64,000 nucleotides of DNA from Candidatus Aenigmatarchaeota archaeon (lineage in GTDB: Archaea > Aenigmatarchaeota > Aenigmatarchaeia > QMZP01 > QMZT01). A model generated the notes under the pieces. That model saw nothing but the letters and a program-made list of their open reading frames with translations. It did no database searches and was not told the DNA's origin. Position numbers and translations under genes: made by a program. The stretch lies in contig JAFGDH010000019.1 in assembly GCA_016932215.1 (NCBI GenBank), positions 1,817-65,816 of the forward strand. Reading direction: 5' to 3'. Each line of letters opens with the position of its first letter. The first letter of the stretch is position 1. Positions 30,247 to 39,038 of this stretch are shown here, one piece after another.

Positions 30247-31434
30247 ATGGATCCGGTAAAGAAGATGGAAACGATCTACAACATCCGGAAGTATTACGTG
30301 TACAACTTCCTGATAAACGCCATGTTCCACACCCCGGTGTTCGTCCTTTTGTTCCAGGGAATGGGCCTAAGCCTGACTTCCATCATGTTCTTGCAGTCGA
30401 TCGCCTTCGTTACTGTCTTCCTTTTCGAAGTGCCTTCAGGCGCTCTGGCCGACCTCTGGGGACGAAAGAAGACGATAATGCTGGGAGCGGGGCTGATGGC
30501 TCTCGCCTATCTCACCCTCTATACTGTGGGCAATTTCTGGCTCCTCCTTGCGGGATTCTTCCTCCTGGGAACGGGAAGGTCGTTCTGTTCAGGAGCGGAT
30601 ACGGCGTTCATATACGATTCCCTCAGCCAGGATGACATGGAGCCGGTCTTCAAGAAGGTGAAAGGGACCGGGTTCGCGATGTTCCTCTTCGGGTCAGTGG
30701 TCGCAGCCGTAATAGGAGGGTACGCCGGCTCCTTCGATCTCCGAATACCATATCTCTTCACCGCCGCAGCGATGGCCCTCGCTTTCGTGGTCATTATCAC
30801 CTTCAAAGAGCCCAAGAACCTCAAGAACCTCACGGTGAAGCACTACTTCCTCCAGATAAGGGACGGCGTCTCGTTCGCCTTCCACCACCCCAGGGTCATG
30901 TGGCTCACCCTGTTCTCGGGCTTCGTCCTTTCCTTTTACATCTCCCGCCTGCTCCTCCAGCAGCCCTTCATGGGGAACATGGGGATAGACATCGCCTGGT
31001 TCGGGTGGATTTACGCCGTCCTTTTCCTGGTCTCCGGCGTCGTCTCGCATTACGCCCAGGAGATAGAGCAAAGGATCGGGGAGGAGAGGTCGTTCGTCCT
31101 CATCGGCGGACTGATGGTGATATCGTTCATCGTCCTGGGACTCTTCCCCTCGTACCTGTGGGTCATCTCCTTTTTATTCCTCCAGCAGTTCGTGATCGGC
31201 TATTACGACCCGGTCTTCTCGGATTACATAAACAGGCTGGTCACCTTCGACAAAAGAGCCACTGTCCTCTCGGTCAGGAGCCTTGTGGGGACGGTGATAG
31301 GGTTCTTCGTGCTCGTGGGGACCGGCCTGCTTTCGGACGTCTACGGGATAGGAAACACCTTCGTCTTCTCCGGTCTCGTCCTTCTCGCGGTCTTCGCCGG
31401 ACTGATCTGGTCGCAGAAGAGGATGGAAGTGTAG
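30247..31434 (+). CDS. MFS transporter
   Basis: 395 aa, 12 TM. GRKK-type loop (LWGRKKTIMLGAG) after TM2. Confidence 0.6.
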   Translation: MDPVKKMETIYNIRKYYVYNFLINAMFHTPVFVLLFQGMGLSLTSIMFLQSIAFVTVFLFEVPSGALADLWGRKKTIMLGAGLMALAYLTLYTVGNFWLLLAGFFLLGTGRSFCSGADTAFIYDSLSQDDMEPVFKKVKGTGFAMFLFGSVVAAVIGGYAGSFDLRIPYLFTAAAMALAFVVIITFKEPKNLKNLTVKHYFLQIRDGVSFAFHHPRVMWLTLFSGFVLSFYISRLLLQQPFMGNMGIDIAWFGWIYAVLFLVSGVVSHYAQEIEQRIGEERSFVLIGGLMVISFIVLGLFPSYLWVISFLFLQQFVIGYYDPVFSDYINRLVTFDKRATVLSVRSLVGTVIGFFVLVGTGLLSDVYGIGNTFVFSGLVLLAVFAGLIWSQKRMEV

Positions 31435-31499
31435 GATAACAAATAAATTGTACTATAGGGAAATCTTTATAAGGACAATTTCCCAAATATACAATAAAT

Positions 31500-33209
31500 A
31501 TGAGAAAAACAGAAATCAGGGTTTTCAGGGAACTGGGGAGTGGAGGGAAAATAATTAGCGATATCTCCAGGGTTCTGTCTCTCGGGAAACCGTCGATTTC
31601 CAAGGCGGTGAATCTCCTCGAGAAAAAAAACCTCGTGAAAAAGACAAGAAAAGGAAAAAACGTGTCCGCAGAGATGGAAAAGAACCCAAAATGTCTTCTT
31701 TTCAGGAAACTTGTGAAAGAATATGATCCTGATCTGATGTTTTCCGGGAACAGGGAACGACTGTTACCGGAGCTTCTTTCGCCCGTGAGGGTCTCGGAAA
31801 TAGCCGAAAGGCTGGGAATATCCGAAAAGGAAACGTACAAGATGCTTAACGGCCTGAAATCCCTTGGGCTTCTCGAAACGGAGGACAAAAAGTACTGCAT
31901 AAAGCCCGGATCCGGCCTGCTGGATTATGCCAAAATGCTGGCGGATGAATTCAGGCAGGAGGGTGTGGAAGCGTGCTCGGAGGTGGTGTGGAGGAAAGGG
32001 GGAGAAATCCTTAAAAAGGCTCCGAATGGGTGTGATGTCTCCGGAACGGAAACGGCTTTTTCCGCGTTTTCCGGGCATGGTATAGAAATAACCCCCAAAG
32101 AACGTCATATTTATCAACCGGGAAGGAATCTCTCTCCGGGGGAAATATTCGTCCACTCGCTCGTATTCGCAAAAACGATGCAGGACAGGACACTTAGTGT
32201 GATCTTTTACCTGAAAAACAAAGAAGGGATGGACATCGAAAAGATAAAGAACCTCTGCGAACATTTTGATGTGAAAGACGTTTTTTTTGACATTCTGGCC
32301 TTTCTGGACGGACATGAAACCAAGAACAGGGATATGTTCCTTCCCACGGACGAGTTCAATGAAAAGGCAAGATTATACGATGTCAGGCTAAGGAAAAAAT
32401 TCGGCATGGAAAAGATAGGGGAGGTTCTCTCTGAGTTGGGAAGGAACCTGAAAGACCCCTTTGACATCTACCTGATAGGTGGAGGAAACATGATGATGAG
32501 GGGACTCAAAAACGCCACTAAAGATCTGGATGTGATAGTGGAAAAAAAGGAGGATTTCAGGAAACTGGCGGGGGTTTTGCGCAGTCTTGGCTTCCGTGAA
32601 AAAAGCATGACCGGGGAGTATGAAAAGATGAACCCCTCCGGGATAATGGAGAGGGGCGCGTTCAGGATAGATATATTTACCGGTCTGGTGTGCAATGCCC
32701 TCCACCTCAGCGAGGATATGAAGAAAAGATCGGAATCCAGAAAAACGGGGAATTTCAGCATGCATCTGGTCTCCCTGGGGGATATTTTCCTTTTCAAAAG
32801 CATTACGGGCAGAGAAGGAGACCTGGAAGACTGCAGCATAATATCGCGCCAGCCCGGAATAAAATGGGAGAAAGTGATGGAGGAAATAGAAACGCAGGGG
32901 AGGCTTACGAAGAGATTCTTCTCTTTCTCGGTTCTGGATACCCTTGAAATCCTGAAAGAAAGACATGGCATCGAAATACCCATATTCAGGAGGCTGGATT
33001 CCCATTGCATGGGGATCGCCCTGCTGATGTCCCTCAGAAAACCGAAAACCATGAAGGAGCTAAAAGAAGAGATAGACGTCCCGGAATACAAGATATACAA
33101 CACGCTCAAAAGGCTGGAAAAGGACGGCAAGATAAAGGTTGACCGTAATGGAAAGCTCAACGTCTATTCCTCCGGGGCCCGTGTAAAAGAATCCAAGTCT
33201 TTCGATTGA
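31500..33209 (+). CDS. winged-helix / nucleotidyltransferase-fold / winged-helix multidomain protein
   Basis: N-terminal MarR-like wHTH (ISDISRVLSLGKPSISKAVNLLEKKNLV). NTase signature LIGGGNMMMRGLKNATKDLDVIV followed by RIDIF. C-terminal wH (MKELKEEI..YKIYNTLKRLEKDGKI). Confidence 0.5.
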   Translation: MRKTEIRVFRELGSGGKIISDISRVLSLGKPSISKAVNLLEKKNLVKKTRKGKNVSAEMEKNPKCLLFRKLVKEYDPDLMFSGNRERLLPELLSPVRVSEIAERLGISEKETYKMLNGLKSLGLLETEDKKYCIKPGSGLLDYAKMLADEFRQEGVEACSEVVWRKGGEILKKAPNGCDVSGTETAFSAFSGHGIEITPKERHIYQPGRNLSPGEIFVHSLVFAKTMQDRTLSVIFYLKNKEGMDIEKIKNLCEHFDVKDVFFDILAFLDGHETKNRDMFLPTDEFNEKARLYDVRLRKKFGMEKIGEVLSELGRNLKDPFDIYLIGGGNMMMRGLKNATKDLDVIVEKKEDFRKLAGVLRSLGFREKSMTGEYEKMNPSGIMERGAFRIDIFTGLVCNALHLSEDMKKRSESRKTGNFSMHLVSLGDIFLFKSITGREGDLEDCSIISRQPGIKWEKVMEEIETQGRLTKRFFSFSVLDTLEILKERHGIEIPIFRRLDSHCMGIALLMSLRKPKTMKELKEEIDVPEYKIYNTLKRLEKDGKIKVDRNGKLNVYSSGARVKESKSFD

Positions 33210-33225
33210 TCCTTCAGTTTCTCTT

Positions 33226-33912
33226 TTATTTCCTCGCGAGGAAGACGTACCTGTTTTCATCGAACCTCGTTCTTCCTGTTATCACTTTATACCCGTTTGC
33301 TGCAAAATGCTCTTCTATGATAGGTTCAATCGGCTGATTTTTATCGAATCCCGTGCCGATGAACGTGAAATCATGCTTTTTTACGAGCTCTTTCCAGTAT
33401 TGGTTTACGGCCTGGTCCGGGTGCGTTACGATAATGATCGAATCTGATGATATCCCCGCCTTTCCGAAATAACCTTTGGCCTCCCTGCGGATGTGCGCGA
33501 CCGGCACGTTCAATTTATCCGAAAGAATTGATGCCCTGGTGATTTCTTCCCCGCTTTTGTCTATGTTTATGGCGGGATAACCTGTCAGCAGGGCGAATGT
33601 ATGTGAGGGAAACGCGAGAGCCCCGCCCATTTCGAACACCACTCCCTTCCCGTCGTGCACCTGCGCCGCCAGGCCGCCCACCTTGGCGAGAAGCTCCAGT
33701 TCCCTGTGGACGTAATCCCTGAAATCCTTTCTTTCGTCGTACAGAACCGGCACAAGGCCATCCACGTTCCTTCCGTGCGATTCGAACAGGCACCTGGAAA
33801 GGATGTGCGTATGTTCGCCGAACAGCGGTATCTCCCCTGTCTCGTCCCACGGGTCGAGCGTCAGACTTTCCGCGTATTCCGGTATCATCCCGTCCAGATC
33901 CACTGCTTTCAT
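33226..33912 (-). CDS. hypothetical protein (228 aa), possible Rossmann-like enzyme
   Basis: ORF with a Gly-rich VVFEMGGALAF segment. No confident family. Confidence 0.45.
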   Translation of the reverse strand: MKAVDLDGMIPEYAESLTLDPWDETGEIPLFGEHTHILSRCLFESHGRNVDGLVPVLYDERKDFRDYVHRELELLAKVGGLAAQVHDGKGVVFEMGGALAFPSHTFALLTGYPAINIDKSGEEITRASILSDKLNVPVAHIRREAKGYFGKAGISSDSIIIVTHPDQAVNQYWKELVKKHDFTFIGTGFDKNQPIEPIIEEHFAANGYKVITGRTRFDENRYVFLARK

Positions 33913-34011
33913 ATTATCCGGTCGCGTTTTGATTTATATTTTTATCCTAAATACCGACTTTTCCGTGGTGAAAATGGTTATATTTATATGATTTCCGGCC
34001 ATGATTAACTC

Positions 34012-34338
34012 ATGAGAAGGATAAGTCCGAACGAATTACGAATGAGAGGTGTATTCGAGGACAGGACCGGCATGGGGGAATACCTGAAGAGATATCTGGG
34101 GGCGTTCACCAGGGTTTCCGGATACCCCGAAGGTGACGTGCTGGACGTTGAAATAAGCATGGAAAACGGCCACCCGGAGAACTCCATGAAGACCAGGATG
34201 CCTGTGCTGAACAGTGGTGACCAGCCGGCAATCGCCAGTTGCATACGTCAAAGCCTGGAAAGCGGAAGATATCAGCCAGCGGACGAGATAGGGATAACCG
34301 TGAAGATAAAGAACAGCTGGTGCCCGCTGTTTTCCTGA
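34012..34338 (+). CDS. hypothetical protein (108 aa)
   Basis: Charged composition. The overlapping antisense ORF 34036..34659 is His-rich and is antisense to the ICMT-like gene at 34381..34890, so it was rejected. Confidence 0.3.
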   Translation: MRRISPNELRMRGVFEDRTGMGEYLKRYLGAFTRVSGYPEGDVLDVEISMENGHPENSMKTRMPVLNSGDQPAIASCIRQSLESGRYQPADEIGITVKIKNSWCPLFS

Positions 34339-34380
34339 GAGGGATATTAAATTTTTTAAGCCCCGATCCAATCTTATAGC

Positions 34381-34890
34381 ATGTACCATCTGTTCTTCGT
34401 GATAGCGCTGGGGTGCTTCGGCTATCATACCATCATACACGTCCTGGAGTATTTCGGACTCTTCAAGGCAAACGAGCGGGTGCATTTCTCCATAGGGATA
34501 GCCATGTTCTTTGGCTGGCTTTCGTATTTCTACATGTCCTTCTTCGACCCGTTCATGACCGGGATAAGCGCCTACATAGTGTTCGGCGTCCCCATGCTGA
34601 TCGCAGGCTTCTGCCTCTTCTTCGAGTCCCACAGGAAGGTCCATAAAAGGATGCACCACGGGAAAGGCCCGTTAGTCAGGGACGGCGTCTACAAATACCT
34701 CCGCCACCCCATGTACCTGGGCGAGATACTCATGTTCCTGGGGGCTCCGATCCTCGGAGGGAGCATGCTGACCCTGATGATATCGTCGGTCTTCATAATG
34801 ATGGTCCTGATCTGGCGGTATTTCGAGGAGAGCGAGCTCATGGAAAGGTATCCGGAATACGAGGAATACAGGAAGAAGACGATATTCTAG
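34381..34890 (+). CDS. isoprenylcysteine carboxyl methyltransferase (ICMT)/PEMT-family membrane methyltransferase
   Basis: Four TM helices, then GVYKYLRHPMYLGEILMFLG..W...EE..L, the ICMT-family C-terminal signature. Confidence 0.7.
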   Translation: MYHLFFVIALGCFGYHTIIHVLEYFGLFKANERVHFSIGIAMFFGWLSYFYMSFFDPFMTGISAYIVFGVPMLIAGFCLFFESHRKVHKRMHHGKGPLVRDGVYKYLRHPMYLGEILMFLGAPILGGSMLTLMISSVFIMMVLIWRYFEESELMERYPEYEEYRKKTIF

Positions 34891-34926
34891 TCACTTATTT
34901 ATTTCCGCATCCACAAATCTGAACAC

Positions 34927-35667
34927 ATGGACAAAGATCACGTCAAAAAAATAGTCAAAGAGAACTACGGAAGGATAGCTGAGAACAGGGGATGCTGCAG
35001 GTGCGGATGCTCCAAGGGAACGGAGCAGGTATCCAAAGAAATAGGATACTCCGACGACGACCTGGCGAAATTCCCCGAGGCGAACATGGGCCTGGGGTGC
35101 GGGAACCCGACGGCAATAGCAAACATAAGGCCGGGAGACACCGTTCTCGATCTGGGAAGCGGGGCAGGTTTCGACGCCTTCCTGGCCGCTGACAAGACGG
35201 GTAAAGCCGGTAAGGTCATAGGAGTGGACATGACCGAAAAGATGATCGAGAAGGCAAGGACGCTCGCACTGAAGCACGGCCATTCGAATGTTGAATTCAG
35301 GCTAGGTGACATAGAATCCCTTCCAGTCGAAAGCGGAACCATAGACGTGATAATCAGCAACTGCGTGATAAACCTCGCCCCGGACAAATCAGCCGTCTTC
35401 GGTGAGGCGCACATGGTCCTCAGGCCCTCCGGGAGGATGTTCGTCTCCGATATCGTGCTTTTGGAGGAGATCACGGGAGAGCAGAGGAACGACCATCGCC
35501 TTCTGACCGGTTGCGTGGCGGGCGCCCTGCTCAAGGACGATTACATACGCCTGATAGAAAAGGCCGGTTTCGAGGTCCGTGTAATCAGCGAGAACAAGGG
35601 CATAAGCAAGGAACAATATCAGGGCATTCCCCTGGAGAGTCTCGCGGTAGAGGCGACCAAAAAATAA
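34927..35667 (+). CDS. ArsM-like class I SAM-dependent methyltransferase
   Basis: Motif I VLDLGSGAGFD, motif II KVIGVDMT, Cys cluster GCCRCGCS near the N-terminus. Confidence 0.7.
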   Translation: MDKDHVKKIVKENYGRIAENRGCCRCGCSKGTEQVSKEIGYSDDDLAKFPEANMGLGCGNPTAIANIRPGDTVLDLGSGAGFDAFLAADKTGKAGKVIGVDMTEKMIEKARTLALKHGHSNVEFRLGDIESLPVESGTIDVIISNCVINLAPDKSAVFGEAHMVLRPSGRMFVSDIVLLEEITGEQRNDHRLLTGCVAGALLKDDYIRLIEKAGFEVRVISENKGISKEQYQGIPLESLAVEATKK

Positions 35668-35668
35668 T

Positions 35669-35863
35669 TCATTCTTCGAACACGAACAGTTCTTCTATCT
35701 TGGCCCCGAGAGCCTTAGCTATGTCATGAGCCAGCCGAAGCGACGGGTTGTACTTACCCTTCTCCAAAAAGACGATGGTCTCCCTCCTGACCCCGACCTT
35801 ACGGGCGAGATCCTCCTGGGTCATCCCGTGCTTCGCCCGGAACTCCTTTATCCTGGTCTTCAC
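35669..35863 (-). CDS. XRE-family (Cro/CI-type) helix-turn-helix regulator, 64 aa
   Basis: [50 protein letters not shown] start preceded by AGGTGA. Confidence 0.7.
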   Translation of the reverse strand: MKTRIKEFRAKHGMTQEDLARKVGVRRETIVFLEKGKYNPSLRLAHDIAKALGAKIEELFVFEE

Positions 35864-35873
35864 TAATTCACCT

Positions 35874-35951
35874 TCATTCCCCTTTCCTCCCGAACCAGAA
35901 GTACATGATGAAGAAGAACAGCGAGGACCCGAGTATAACCCCGATCGTCAT
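35874..35951 (-). CDS. 25-aa single-TM peptide ORF immediately upstream of the XRE gene (not in ORF track)
   Basis: [25 protein letters not shown]. Its stop lies 10 nt before the XRE GTG, with AGGTGA between them. Resembles the widespread small-TM plus XRE two-gene arrangement. Confidence 0.3.
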   Translation of the reverse strand: MTIGVILGSSLFFFIMYFWFGRKGE

Positions 35952-36040
35952 GTAGGTCCCGACAATGCTCCAGTCCCCAGTCCTCTCCGCTATCTCGTTG
36001 ACTTCCCTTTGGCGGAAAATAACCTTTATATACCAATAAA

Positions 36041-36058
36041 TTAACTACTTAATAGTGG
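36041..36058. promoter_or_regulatory. shared motif TTAACTACTTAATAGTGG (site 2 of 3), flanked by TATA-like boxes
   Basis: Seen directly. Lies between the divergent XRE operon and the HExxH gene at 36103. ctttatatacc is upstream and tttatatataat downstream. Confidence 0.5.
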
Positions 36059-36102
36059 TTTATATATAATAGGTCTATAGTGGGGTTTGGGAGTCAGTTG
36101 AA

Positions 36103-36975
36103 ATGAGAAGATATGGTACCGGGGACATGACCGAAGAGGTATACAGGAACGAAATAAGCAGATACGGGAACGTGGGTGAATTTATAAAAAACAGGCCCGA
36201 TCTTGCTCCCGCTTTCGTGAAGTGTTTCGAAGACTGGATTAATTCAGATGTTTCCCTCGTTATAGAAGAGAGGTCAGGGAAAAAGGCGGGTCCGGCTGAG
36301 ATATTTATTCATGTTGGAAACAGGGCTTATACTGACGGGAAAAAAGAAATTTACATACCGGTTTCATATACCTTTCCTTTGATGACGGGGGCTTCCGTCC
36401 ATGAAAGGTTGCATTTCTATCCGGAAGTAAATGAGAGCGCTTTATCGTATCATGAAGAGAAAATAAGGGAATCAAAAACTATTCTTGAAAATGGCGGAAA
36501 GATAGGAAGGGAGTATATTTTGCATTTTTTTAAAACCCTTACAGGAAAGCATTTCGATTCATTAGTTGGTCATATCATATCCGAACTGATAGCTTACACT
36601 GAAACAGGGCCCGTTTTGAATGAGGCAAAAGTTCCGTTCGGGATAGATCCGAAGCCCTATTTTGATATGTGGGAAAAAAATCTGAAAAATGAAAAAAATA
36701 CTTTTGAAAGATATGAGGAAAGGGAACTTTTAATCACACCTGAAAGCTTTTATAATGAACTGATAAAATGGTACCAGTATTATTCTTTTGCTCGTCGCCC
36801 GAACGACGTCATGAAAGGGAATATCATTCCTTTAGTCTCGACACAATTTTCCCATTACGCTAAAATCGTGAACGGTTTTGACGAGATGCCCCCGTCCGAA
36901 TTATGGTCGCTGGAACCCGAGAAATTCGTTGAAGAATACAACAGGAAGGTAAGGAAACTGAAGTCGGGGAAATAG
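36103..36975 (+). CDS. HExxH-motif protein (putative zinc metallopeptidase), 290 aa
   Basis: GASVHERLHFYPE. Divergent from the XRE regulator. Confidence 0.45.
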   Translation: MRRYGTGDMTEEVYRNEISRYGNVGEFIKNRPDLAPAFVKCFEDWINSDVSLVIEERSGKKAGPAEIFIHVGNRAYTDGKKEIYIPVSYTFPLMTGASVHERLHFYPEVNESALSYHEEKIRESKTILENGGKIGREYILHFFKTLTGKHFDSLVGHIISELIAYTETGPVLNEAKVPFGIDPKPYFDMWEKNLKNEKNTFERYEERELLITPESFYNELIKWYQYYSFARRPNDVMKGNIIPLVSTQFSHYAKIVNGFDEMPPSELWSLEPEKFVEEYNRKVRKLKSGK

Positions 36976-37001
36976 ATTGTTTTTCCTATCCTTCCCCCGA
37001 C

Positions 37002-38051
37002 CTATAACCCCCAGTCCTCTCCGCTATCTTCGGATAAAAATTCCCGCCAGTGTCTTTTTTTGATGAAGTCGGACATCTCCTTCCTTCTCTCCGCTTCTTC
37101 CCGGTATTCCTTTATGCGGTCTCTTAAGGTGGGCATTATAAATTCTATCTCGCGCCCATAGTGATTGAACCTGTCAATGTCCGCGAAAGCCAGATTTTCA
37201 GGGTACTCGTTTGCATATCCGCGCATCATGGAAATCAGGTGATTTGCATGCCTGATTTCAGGTGCATATATTATTTTATCTGGCAGCTCCTGCTCTAAAA
37301 GAGAGATTTCCCTTTCTGCATTTTCAATACTCGTCTCGTATTTGCTTATGGTAATGAACATCCTGTTCATCATTACCGGGGTTTTCCACCACATTATGTC
37401 AAGGTATCTCTTCCAGTCGTCTATTTTTGAATCTTCCCCTGATAATCTGGGGCATGTCCTTATGTTGTATCCGGTTATGGGGCTTCCGTTTTCCCACCAG
37501 AACAGATCCGGATGCTCTTTTATCACCACTGAAAACACTTCTTCCATTTCCGGGATGAGTATCTCTTCCTTTGTCTTCAGGTTCAGGCCGGGGAAATCCT
37601 TCCTGTAATCGTAGGAATGGATAAGGACCAGATTTTTATCCGGGTATTGCTCTGTGAACATGGCAAGCTTCATGAGCGCAACAGTACTGATTGATTTGTT
37701 TCTCCATGAACCCTTGACTTCGATGTAATCTCCGGTACTTGGTATGAAAAAGTCAGGGGTATAATTCGTTATTCCCGAATTGGTTATCTCTTTTTTCATG
37801 GTCACCGTTAACGGGAAATACTCTTTCTCGTAAACATAATCGAACCCTGCGACTTTGAGACATCTCGCAATGTTTGCCTCCTGCATGGACCTTACGCTGT
37901 GACCCAGGTCATACCTGTATCCCGCCAGCGGGGTCCCCGTGTTTCCTGACAAAAAAGCACCGTCAACCTGGTTAGGAGCACTGCCTTCAGCCAGCTCAAT
38001 GTCTCCGAAACCGGGATGTCTCATATATCCCTCGATGAAAGGTTTGCTCAT
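37002..38051 (-). CDS. PD-(D/E)XK nuclease-fold domain protein with uncharacterised C-terminal domain, 349 aa
   Basis: E(ANIA)...YTPDFFIPSTGDYIEVKG fits the E / PD / D-x-(E)VK arrangement of restriction-endonuclease-like nucleases. Last gene of a 4-gene minus-strand operon. Confidence 0.5.
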   Translation of the reverse strand: MSKPFIEGYMRHPGFGDIELAEGSAPNQVDGAFLSGNTGTPLAGYRYDLGHSVRSMQEANIARCLKVAGFDYVYEKEYFPLTVTMKKEITNSGITNYTPDFFIPSTGDYIEVKGSWRNKSISTVALMKLAMFTEQYPDKNLVLIHSYDYRKDFPGLNLKTKEEILIPEMEEVFSVVIKEHPDLFWWENGSPITGYNIRTCPRLSGEDSKIDDWKRYLDIMWWKTPVMMNRMFITISKYETSIENAEREISLLEQELPDKIIYAPEIRHANHLISMMRGYANEYPENLAFADIDRFNHYGREIEFIMPTLRDRIKEYREEAERRKEMSDFIKKRHWREFLSEDSGEDWGL

Positions 38052-38155
38052 GTTTTATAAATAGACATAAATTTTTTAACTGGAGAATTCATTCATTCCC
38101 GACATATAAGCCCCCACCTTCTTAGCTATCTCATTGACCTCTTTTTAGTGTAGAT

Positions 38156-39019
38156 TTACAATAAGAGCTTTTCAATATTTTCCTTAACGACATCGATTTT
38201 TGCGAAATCCTGGATAAAATTATTCCCAACCTGATAGTTAAATGTTATTCTATGACAATTTTTTATTTTCCTGGCTAATTCATGGATCGGGTATGAAAAA
38301 AACAATCTTCCCGCGGGATTTTTTTTCATTTCATTCATCACCGCATCTTTAGATGTATCATAACCAAGCCTGGAAAGAACGGTATCTTCAAGCCTGAGCG
38401 CAATTGCTTCGTCAAAAATACCCATTGTTCCGAGTAATGCTAACATATCCTCAGCAAAATCCCTCCTTTCACGGGTAGTTTTCTTAAATTTCAATTTCAG
38501 GTTTCCCCTCTTATTAACCAGTTTTGCAGGAAAATCATCTCCATTTATAATGTTGCTCAATATTCCCTCTGCGACAACTAATGGGTGATTCTGAAGGGCA
38601 AACCCGATAAAATGATTATATTCATGAATATATGGTGCAATAAAACTGGGGTAATTCGGGTTTCTTGATTTTTCCTTGACAAATCCCTTTTCCGGAAACG
38701 AGAATAACGGATATGATGTTATGGCATTTTGGTAATTTATTCTCCCGTCAGATGAAATTTCAAGGCTTCTGTCATAAGTGGTGGAAGCAGTGAACATGGC
38801 ATCATCAAAACCCCCAAAAAATATGCCGGTACCTATTTTATTTAGTTCCCTGACAGTTTTTTCATCCGTGAAGCTGGACGGCCCAAGTAATCTCTTAGAT
38901 TCGCTATCCAGAAGATGAATATCATCCATTAAAATATCAGAATAGATTTGCATCAATTGATTTCTATATTTTTCCAGTTCTTCTTTTAAGCCCGTGCTGT
39001 TTCCAAAGTATTCTAGCAT
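38156..39019 (-). CDS. HExxH-motif protein (putative metallopeptidase), 287 aa
   Basis: APYIHEYNHFIGF. 20-nt gap to the upstream gene. Confidence 0.45.
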   Translation of the reverse strand: MLEYFGNSTGLKEELEKYRNQLMQIYSDILMDDIHLLDSESKRLLGPSSFTDEKTVRELNKIGTGIFFGGFDDAMFTASTTYDRSLEISSDGRINYQNAITSYPLFSFPEKGFVKEKSRNPNYPSFIAPYIHEYNHFIGFALQNHPLVVAEGILSNIINGDDFPAKLVNKRGNLKLKFKKTTRERRDFAEDMLALLGTMGIFDEAIALRLEDTVLSRLGYDTSKDAVMNEMKKNPAGRLFFSYPIHELARKIKNCHRITFNYQVGNNFIQDFAKIDVVKENIEKLLL

Positions 39020-39038
39020 AATGCATAACCTCTTTAGC

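Noticed and set aside
34036-34659. 207-aa minus ORF
   Set aside because: Antisense to the 5' part of the ICMT-family gene. His/Gly-rich.
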